Shown in pieces: positions 7,794 through 13,384 of a DNA stretch of 13,384 bases. Every line of letters begins with the position of its first letter. Within the stretch, counting starts at the first letter, position 1. The notes under the pieces are model-generated. The model ran no database searches. It was not told the origin of the DNA and saw only the letters and a program-made list of their open reading frames with translations. The translations under genes were made by a program, and so were the position numbers. The DNA is from Oligoflexales bacterium (lineage in GTDB: Bacteria > Bdellovibrionota_B > Oligoflexia > Oligoflexales > CAIYRB01): assembly GCA_041736175.1 (NCBI GenBank), contig JBGSUI010000086.1, positions 1 through 13,384 of the forward strand, written 5' to 3'.

Positions 7794-9152
7794 ATGATAC
7801 AAAGAAAGCTCTTGATCCATGTCATAGCAGCGTCAAGCTATGGAATGATTTCATGCGGACCCAATCAAAGGCAACATAACTTGATCGCGGTAAAGGCAAA
7901 CGAAAAGATGGAAAAACCAACAGGGACGGAGATTGCAGCTAAGGATGCTCAGGATTTAGAGTTATTGCGACAGCGTCTCCTAAAGTTAAATAGTGGGATT
8001 TATGAATTTTGGCTCAACAAGGGACTTGATCCAGTCGATGGGGGGGTCTATGGCTTTCACGATCAAGATGGGCATCCCGATACCAAGGCTGACAAAGGCC
8101 TGATCCAACAGGCGCGAAGTCTTTGGAGCGTTACGGCTTATTACGAAAACCGAATTCCTTCACTACAGGCTAAAGCCACAGCCTACAACATTAGAGATTT
8201 CATACTTAAAAATTTTCGTCCAGGAGCACATGGGCTTTACCCTTTTAAAGTCAGCCATGATGGTGCAAAAACCATCGATCCAGCAGAGCAGTATTATGCA
8301 AACTCTTTTGTAATCTATGCCTTTTCGGAATTTGGAAGGGTCTTTAAGGACGAAGCCGCAAAAAAGGTGGCGCTCGATGTCTTTCACGCAATTGCCGATA
8401 AGCCTTACACCGAGTCCCAGGGGGGCTTTGATCAGACTTACGGTGGATTTGATCAAAGCGGCGACCCATGGTATTTTTCTTCCCCAAAAGTTAAGAAGGC
8501 AATGAGCCCACATTTACATTTTGTCGAATCTTTTGCGGCGCTCTTTAGAGCCACACAAGATCCTAAGGTTGGCGTGATGCTAAGTCATCTGATCGACGTT
8601 TTTCTCGACAAAATGATCGCTAACAGATCATTCATTCATTCTGAGTATCTTCGGGATTTTGCCCCCTTTGGCACCCTGACCGTAAAATATGGCTACCAAT
8701 TTATCGCAATTTGGGTTCTTTATGATGCCTCCCAACTCCTAGGCCGGGAGCATAGTATTCCGCTTCGGAGCAAGTTACTAAAAATTGGCGCATTTATCGC
8801 AAAAAGCGGTTTTGACGACAAACTTGGTGGCTATTTTGAAGAAGGCACACCAGAGGGTTTTGTGACCAAGCAAAACAAAGTATGGTGGGTGCAAGCCGAA
8901 GCACTGATGGGTCTATGGATGTTATACGAAATATCTAACGATCCGTCCTATCTTGAAAAAATGGCTAAAACCATCGACTGGATCGAAAATTATCAAATTA
9001 ATCCCACGACAAAGGAATGGTGGTGGGAAATCATCGGGATCACACCGTCGCCCAGTTTGCTTTTTACAAGTAACGAATGGAAAGATAGCTACCATCATGG
9101 TCGAGCGACTATGTTTTTGCCATTACGCATTAACGGTCAGGAAAACCCTTGA
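7794..9152 (+). CDS. AGE-family epimerase/isomerase (cellobiose 2-epimerase-like), predicted lipoprotein
   Basis: Motifs FW...D...GG, KGLIQQARSLW, YANSFVIYAFSE, MSPHLHFVE, D...GGYF, KVWWVQAEA and WKDSYHHGR. N-terminal lipobox-like MIS-C21. AAGGA RBS. Confidence 0.85.
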   Translation: MIQRKLLIHVIAASSYGMISCGPNQRQHNLIAVKANEKMEKPTGTEIAAKDAQDLELLRQRLLKLNSGIYEFWLNKGLDPVDGGVYGFHDQDGHPDTKADKGLIQQARSLWSVTAYYENRIPSLQAKATAYNIRDFILKNFRPGAHGLYPFKVSHDGAKTIDPAEQYYANSFVIYAFSEFGRVFKDEAAKKVALDVFHAIADKPYTESQGGFDQTYGGFDQSGDPWYFSSPKVKKAMSPHLHFVESFAALFRATQDPKVGVMLSHLIDVFLDKMIANRSFIHSEYLRDFAPFGTLTVKYGYQFIAIWVLYDASQLLGREHSIPLRSKLLKIGAFIAKSGFDDKLGGYFEEGTPEGFVTKQNKVWWVQAEALMGLWMLYEISNDPSYLEKMAKTIDWIENYQINPTTKEWWWEIIGITPSPSLLFTSNEWKDSYHHGRATMFLPLRINGQENP

Positions 9153-9164
9153 ATGAGATAGATT

Positions 9165-9191
9165 TTAAGAGTGGATTTGATCTCGTCCACA
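9165..9191 (+). repeat. 27-bp dispersed repeat, copy 1
   Basis: TTAAGAGTGGATTTGATCTCGTCCACA is identical to 11521-11547 and contains the internal stem GTGGA-N10-TCCAC. Confidence 0.9.
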
Positions 9192-9262
9192 ACGCTCCTC
9201 CATTTTTCGCAACGTTTTCAACGGATTCCCCTTAAAAATCTAGTCAATCAAACCTGGCTTTT

Positions 9263-10309
9263 TTATGGCGCTGATTTCAATCGGCACCACCAACTGATGA
9301 CAAGCAAACGATCGACCTGGGCACCCTTGAGTTCGGTACCATATAAACTTACAAAACCGAGGTCAGCACCAGTGAGATCTGCACCCTTTAGGTTAGCGTT
9401 GTCGAGTTCGGCGCCCCAAAGATTAGCGCCCCGGAGATTAGCGCCCTCGAGATTGGCGCCCCTAAGATTAGCGTACTCGAAATTAAGTCCCGCGAGATCA
9501 AGACCCGCGAGATTAGCTTTCACGAGAACAGCGCGCTTGAAACCAGTACCCGCGAGACGAGCGCCCTGGAAATTAGCTTCAAAGAGATGAGCGCCGTGGA
9601 AATCAGCGCTCTGGAGATTAGCACCCGCGAAATCAGCGTTCGGGAGCCAAGTACCCCAAAATTTGGCATTGGTAAGATCACGGTTTCGGAAATCAGCCCC
9701 ACTCATGCTAGCGTGACTGTAATTGGCGGGTGATCGCGTCGCTACTACCCTTGAATTCACTGGTAATTCCGCCGCATCCTCCCTCGGCACAGTGCCTTTT
9801 TTTAAGTCACTGAATGTGATTGGAAATGCCTTGGTTGAAACGTTAGAAATCAGCACTAAGTCTCTCTCGTTGATCGGTTGGTTTGTAAACATATTCATGT
9901 TATTTACTTTAAAATGTTCAAACAAAGATTTTGTAGCTTGAAGGGGGCGAAATCTGCCATTTAGGTGCGGCACCCATACGAAGTCGGTGTCATTTGTGTT
10001 CGATGGCCCGTCTCCAAAAATTCTTAACCAGATCAAGGGAGTATTCGGAGTGGTGGGAGTAAATTTTTCAAAGGTGATTATATCCTCGAATTCTTTATTC
10101 CCAGGTATTTTAAGGTCAAAGCTTCCGGGCCAATTAAGGTTTTTAAAATTATTAAAGGGTAGATTAGCCCCCCAAAAAACTGAGGGTGAGTTTTCGTTGT
10201 TCCCTCTGCTTTTGTTGCAGCCTACCATTAAAACGGCAATCGTCAATAAACACAGATGAATTTGTTTCTTTAGAAAGCCAAATTTTATCCTCACAATGGG
10301 AGTTAACAT
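9263..10309 (-). CDS. Pentapeptide-repeat protein with lipoprotein signal and unknown N-terminal domain
   Basis: Long C-terminal run of A(D/N)(L/F)xx repeats (ADFAG ANLQS ADFHG...ANLRG ANLEG). Lipobox MVG-C. AGGAG upstream of ATG 10309. Confidence 0.8.
   Translation of the reverse strand: MLTPIVRIKFGFLKKQIHLCLLTIAVLMVGCNKSRGNNENSPSVFWGANLPFNNFKNLNWPGSFDLKIPGNKEFEDIITFEKFTPTTPNTPLIWLRIFGDGPSNTNDTDFVWVPHLNGRFRPLQATKSLFEHFKVNNMNMFTNQPINERDLVLISNVSTKAFPITFSDLKKGTVPREDAAELPVNSRVVATRSPANYSHASMSGADFRNRDLTNAKFWGTWLPNADFAGANLQSADFHGAHLFEANFQGARLAGTGFKRAVLVKANLAGLDLAGLNFEYANLRGANLEGANLRGANLWGAELDNANLKGADLTGADLGFVSLYGTELKGAQVDRLLVISWWCRLKSAP
9411..9485. repeat. Five near-identical 15-bp tandem units inside the pentapeptide coding region
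   Basis: gcgccccaaagatta / gcgccccggagatta / gcgccctcgagattg / gcgcccctaagatta / gcgtactcgaaatta. Confidence 0.85.
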
Positions 10310-10401
10310 TCCACTCCTACTAAAAAACATAGAAACGAACATTTTTTATCCCTTTTGAATAGTAAGCCAAGCTGCTCGTCAAAGCTCCACAGACGCTTGT
10401 A

Positions 10402-10417
10402 AGCAAAATCCATACCC
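10402..10417 (-). promoter_or_regulatory. Candidate sigma54 (-24/-12) promoter for the pentapeptide gene
   Basis: Minus strand GGGTATGGATTTTGCT has GG-N10-GC with TTGCT at -12, about 90 nt upstream of ATG 10309. The -24 box deviates from TGGCAC. Confidence 0.4.
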
Positions 10418-10449
10418 CATTGACCACGAGAATTTTCAGCATGATTGAC

Positions 10450-10470
10450 GGACAGATAACCCACTCTTAA
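10450..10470 (-). repeat. Degenerate inverted third copy of the 27-bp repeat
   Basis: Minus strand TTAAGAGTGGGTTATCTGTCC versus TTAAGAGTGGATTTGATCTCGTCC. The first 10 nt are identical and the rest aligns with three 1-nt gaps and one mismatch. Confidence 0.5.
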
Positions 10471-10733
10471 AGCGTGTTGAGATGCCTACAAAGTAAGCAC
10501 CAAGCCACGTGTGAACTATCACCACTGTTCCGCACTAGCCTGGATTCCCACAGTTAGAATCAGCAAGCTGGCGGGGCTCGAGAGGTCTTATATCATCACA
10601 GGTATGACTGGTGGTCCGGGATTGGTGCTTGAGGACCAGCTGTGGACCCTGGTCGATCAGCCACTGAATAGCTTGCAAGGAGCGACGTCTCCGAAAGATC
10701 CTTGTCACCGATCGCCCCTGCTTCCCTATAGGC

Positions 10734-11042
10734 TCAACCATTTCGTCTGGCTTGCTTTGCCAAAAAGTGTCTATCAACCCCGTCCTTAAGAAAGTTTTTC
10801 ATAACCGATTGGCGTGATACATTGAGGAAAAAGGCGATTTCATCTAGCTCAGATAAAAAAGTCGAGGTGAGATCGACGTTTACCTTCACGATTTCCCCAG
10901 CCGCTTGCATTTTTTGAGTTTCCCTAGGCGGCATTCTTTTGGGTTTTCCAAAGAATTGACCTGTCTCTTGTCCCATCACAGCCATCTTCTCAATATCTTC
11001 GATGGTTGCTTTCTTTCTGTTCTTCTTAGATATTTTCTTCAT
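10734..11042 (-). CDS. brnA: BrnA-type (CopG/RHH) antitoxin
   Basis: VKVNVDL...LSELDEIAFFLNVSRQSVMK is the RHH pattern of BrnA-like antitoxins. It lies downstream of and overlaps brnT, with a GGAGAGG RBS. Confidence 0.8.
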   Translation of the reverse strand: MKKISKKNRKKATIEDIEKMAVMGQETGQFFGKPKRMPPRETQKMQAAGEIVKVNVDLTSTFLSELDEIAFFLNVSRQSVMKNFLKDGVDRHFLAKQARRNG

Positions 11043-11298
11043 AATCTTTAACCTCTCCTTTTGTGGATTTCCAGAGAGTCACAAAGTGCTCATATTCGCC
11101 ATCATTATCTTGCCTGACTTCGACAATTAAAGTGATTAACTTGCCTCGAACAAAGCCGATTGCTTTATATTGCTCCGGATCGTCGTTTTTTTGCTGCACA
11201 ACATAAGGACAAGAAAACAGCTCCTGAGCTTCTTCAAAGCTTATGCCACGATCCCTTTTTAGCCGTTGGCTCTTGCTGTCATCCCATGTGATCCTCAA
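11026..11298 (-). CDS. brnT: BrnT-family ribonuclease toxin
   Basis: WDDSKS..LKRDRGISFEEA..LF, AIG...GKLITLI and a terminal E...YE motif. 90 aa, toxin-first gene order, TTG start. Confidence 0.85.
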   Translation of the reverse strand: MRITWDDSKSQRLKRDRGISFEEAQELFSCPYVVQQKNDDPEQYKAIGFVRGKLITLIVEVRQDNDGEYEHFVTLWKSTKGEVKDYEENI

Positions 11299-11316
11299 CT
11301 TGGACCCCTTCTCACC

Positions 11317-11343
11317 CTATCGGCAAATAAGTTTACACTTATG
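11317..11343 (-). promoter_or_regulatory. Possible sigma28-type promoter for brnT-brnA
   Basis: Minus strand CATAAG-TGTAAACTTATTT-GCCGATAG. The -10 is good; the -35 and spacing are imperfect. Confidence 0.35.
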
Positions 11344-11360
11344 ATTTAATTTAAATCATA
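11340..11360. promoter_or_regulatory. Palindrome upstream of brnT, probable BrnA operator
   Basis: TATGATTTAA-T-TTAAATCATA has perfect 10-bp arms and lies about 40 nt upstream of the brnT start. Confidence 0.6.
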
Positions 11361-11520
11361 GCAGTCATGACTTCATGGGTTTTGTTTTAAGTACTTAATA
11401 ACATTAGATACTTAGTTAAATTGGCTGAGTCGAGGCAGGAGTGAGGGCCCCCTTCCTATGGACTGATGCAATATCGCTTCCCAATAGAAAGACGCCTACC
11501 TAGCGACCCATGCCTCCATC

Positions 11521-11547
11521 TTAAGAGTGGATTTGATCTCGTCCACA
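11521..11547 (+). repeat. 27-bp dispersed repeat, copy 2
   Basis: Identical to 9165-9191, in the same orientation, 2356 bp downstream. Confidence 0.9.
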
Positions 11548-11829
11548 GATAGAAAGGGATCTTTTGAGCTTCCACAAGGGATTTTTCTAAACCTTGAGAT
11601 CCAAAATAGATATAATCCCATTCTTACCGCAGCCTGATTCGCCCACAAGTCCGACCGTCTCACCCCGGTTGATACTAAAGCTGACTTTGTAAGGCCAATT
11701 GCCGCACTGGGTACAAAGACTGGCTGATTTTTCCTAAAATTCGCCATTCTCCCTCGCCTGAATATACACCTTCCAGGATCTATGTATCCACCCGAAATTC
11801 AATATGTATCTTATAAAAATTAGTTTTTT

Positions 11830-11857
11830 CTAAATATTTTCTAGTTTGTTCCGAGAG
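11830..11857 (+). promoter_or_regulatory. Possible sigma28-type promoter for the fibre adhesin gene
   Basis: CTAAA-TATTTTCTAGTTTGT(15 nt)-TCCGAGAG. The -35 and spacing match consensus; the -10 is degenerate. Confidence 0.35.
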
Positions 11858-11935
11858 TGGCTAGGTATGCACCATAGATGTCGAAACAAAGTTAGACAAA
11901 GGGGCAATTTTCGGTAAATGTTTAGGAGGTTTCAC

Positions 11936-13384
11936 ATGAAGATCAAAGTCCTAACACAAATCCTAATGATCGAAGCAAGTCCTGAAACCAGGATTGCCAC
12001 CCTTTCATGTTTGGGACGTGTCCTCTGGCTCTCTTTTCTTTTAGCCCTTACCTCACAGGCCATGGCCCTGGAGATTACCTATTCGGGAAGACTAAGCGAA
12101 GAAAGCGGCAAGTCGATCGAAGGTCCACAAGACTTTACCGTCCGGTTTTATAATACTCCACAAAACGGCGATGCCGTAGGGCCGACCCTTAAACTCGCCG
12201 ATACAGAACTCCGAGATGGGGTGTTCCTACTTAGTCTTAATTTTGACAACAACCAACTCTCAGCCATCTTTGGCGACGGCACAAAATCCGTGTACTTGGA
12301 AGTAGAGGCCGGGGGCAGAGTCTACCCCCGCCAGCGTCTGAGCGCCGCGCCTTTGGCCCTAAGAGTTCCTGTAGACACCAACTACCTAAACTACACAGAC
12401 GGAAAGTTAAAGATCGAGTCGGTGGACCTAAGCCAAGTCAACGGACTCAGTGCAGCACTCGCAGCCAAAGCCGATGCCTCTGCGGTAACAAGCACCAATG
12501 TGGCCACCAAAAACCTCTCTGACTTGACCAACACTTCAGCCGCCAGGACCAACCTCGGTCTCGGTCCTCTCGCTACGGCCACCACCATCAGCAACGCCGA
12601 GATCAGCAGCTTCGCAGCCATTGCTGACTCAAAACTCGCTACGATTTCTGCAGCAGGCAAAGTCTCAGGCTCCGCCATCACTTCGGGAACCATCGGGGGA
12701 ACCACCGCCTTTAATAGCTCAGGAGATATCACCACGTCGGGCTCTGTAAGCGCCGGGACTGTGACGACCTCTCTTCAAAACGGAGTCCTGCTTAAACCCT
12801 ATCACACCGCTGTCGGCAGCACCGGCGAACTTCGTTTTAGCGAGCTTACCGCGGGGGGAACCAACTATGTGGGCTTTAAAGCTCCGGATGCTCTTACAGC
12901 CAACAAAATCTGGACTCTTCCCGGAGCCGACGGTACCAACGGGCAGATCCTTAAGACAGACGGCTCTGGTAACCTTGACTGGATCAGTGTGGGTGGTACG
13001 GGTACCGTCACCAGCGTGGGTCTAACCGCCCCTGCCGCAGGGATCACGGTCAGCGGTAGCCCCATCGTGGGAGCTGGATCCATTACCCTGGCTTTAGGAG
13101 ACGACCTGGCCGCAGTAGAAGCTCTGGCCACCACCGGGGGCGTAGAACGAGCTGGGGCTAACACCTGGGTCACTTATACTTTGAGTGCCGCAGGGAAAGC
13201 GCTGATCGATGATGCCGACGCAACCTCTCAAAGAGCAACTCTAGGTTTAGGTGGGCTCGCCACCCTGAGTGCAGTGGGCAGCACCGAGATCAGCAACGAC
13301 TCCATAACGGATACAGACATCAACGCATCAGCCGCTATCGCTACCTCTAAACTCTCCGGTGCTGTGACCTCAATCACAGGCCAC
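11936..13384 (+). CDS. Secreted mosaic phage-tail-fibre-like adhesin (Bdellovibrionota MAT-like), 3' end outside window; absent from ORF track
   Basis: AGGAGG at 11924-11929, ATG 11936, 483 open codons. Signal peptide ...LWLSFLLALTSQAMA|LEITYSGRL. N-domain ends in YPRQRLSAAPLAL. Fibre motifs include NLSDL...ARTNLGLG, AAIADSKL, YVGFKAP...WTLPGADGTNGQILKTDGSGNLDW, GTVTSV and DADA...RATLGLG. Confidence 0.85.
   Translation, partial: MKIKVLTQILMIEASPETRIATLSCLGRVLWLSFLLALTSQAMALEITYSGRLSEESGKSIEGPQDFTVRFYNTPQNGDAVGPTLKLADTELRDGVFLLSLNFDNNQLSAIFGDGTKSVYLEVEAGGRVYPRQRLSAAPLALRVPVDTNYLNYTDGKLKIESVDLSQVNGLSAALAAKADASAVTSTNVATKNLSDLTNTSAARTNLGLGPLATATTISNAEISSFAAIADSKLATISAAGKVSGSAITSGTIGGTTAFNSSGDITTSGSVSAGTVTTSLQNGVLLKPYHTAVGSTGELRFSELTAGGTNYVGFKAPDALTANKIWTLPGADGTNGQILKTDGSGNLDWISVGGTGTVTSVGLTAPAAGITVSGSPIVGAGSITLALGDDLAAVEALATTGGVERAGANTWVTYTLSAAGKALIDDADATSQRATLGLGGLATLSAVGSTEISNDSITDTDINASAAIATSKLSGAVTSITGH

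Noticed and set aside
662..9156. Remaining short ORFs overlapping the ATPase, FmdB, lipoprotein, TIGR02147, LysR and epimerase genes
   Set aside because: They are alternate-frame or antisense overlaps of well-supported genes, with no independent motifs.
9171..9590. 139-aa plus-strand ORF with RLAP repeats
   Set aside because: It is the antisense reading of the pentapeptide repeats. The isolated GADF near 9267 is too short to support an inverted duplication.
10511..10789. Overlapping 92-aa (+) and 80-aa (-) ORFs
   Set aside because: No RBS or recognisable domain, and both overlap brnA.
9165..11547. 27-bp repeats as a CRISPR array or integron attC sites
   Set aside because: There are only two exact copies 2.3 kb apart, no cas or intI gene, and no RYYYAAC/GTTRRRY core sites.
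185..12955. Frequent CTTAAG hexamer (at least 11 seen)
   Set aside because: Several copies are Leu-Lys codon pairs, and without a genome-wide background no enrichment can be claimed.
12391..13173. Two minus-strand ORFs (114 and 102 aa)
   Set aside because: Both are shadows of the long plus-strand adhesin frame, which has a strong RBS and a signal peptide.
11936..13384. Prophage tail gene
   Set aside because: It has a Sec-type signal peptide and there are no other phage genes in the window.

Overview
This is an accessory-type region of a bacterium that is probably Bdellovibrionota (Oligoflexia-like). That placement is inferred from a TIGR02147/DUF4423 gene, sigma28-type promoters on non-flagellar genes and a tail-fibre-like adhesin. 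Left to right it holds: the start of a small putative DNA-binding ORF at the left edge; a stand-alone AAA/winged-helix ATPase; a Phd/YefM antitoxin with a broken PIN (VapC-like) toxin; an FmdB-type zinc-ribbon protein; an unannotated 44-aa Lys-rich protein; a divergon (lipoprotein <- two sigma28-like promoters -> TIGR02147 + GTxxGNP lipoprotein); a LysR regulator divergent from a lipoprotein AGE/cellobiose-2-epimerase-like gene that appears to lack one catalytic His; a 2.36-kb segment bounded by identical 27-bp direct repeats, with a degenerate inverted third copy inside, carrying a pentapeptide-repeat lipoprotein and a brnT-brnA pair; and the first 483 codons of a mosaic phage-tail-fibre-like adhesin that is absent from the ORF track. 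No rRNA, tRNA, CRISPR array, integrase or intact transposase was recognised. Family assignments come from motif recognition by eye; no searches were run.
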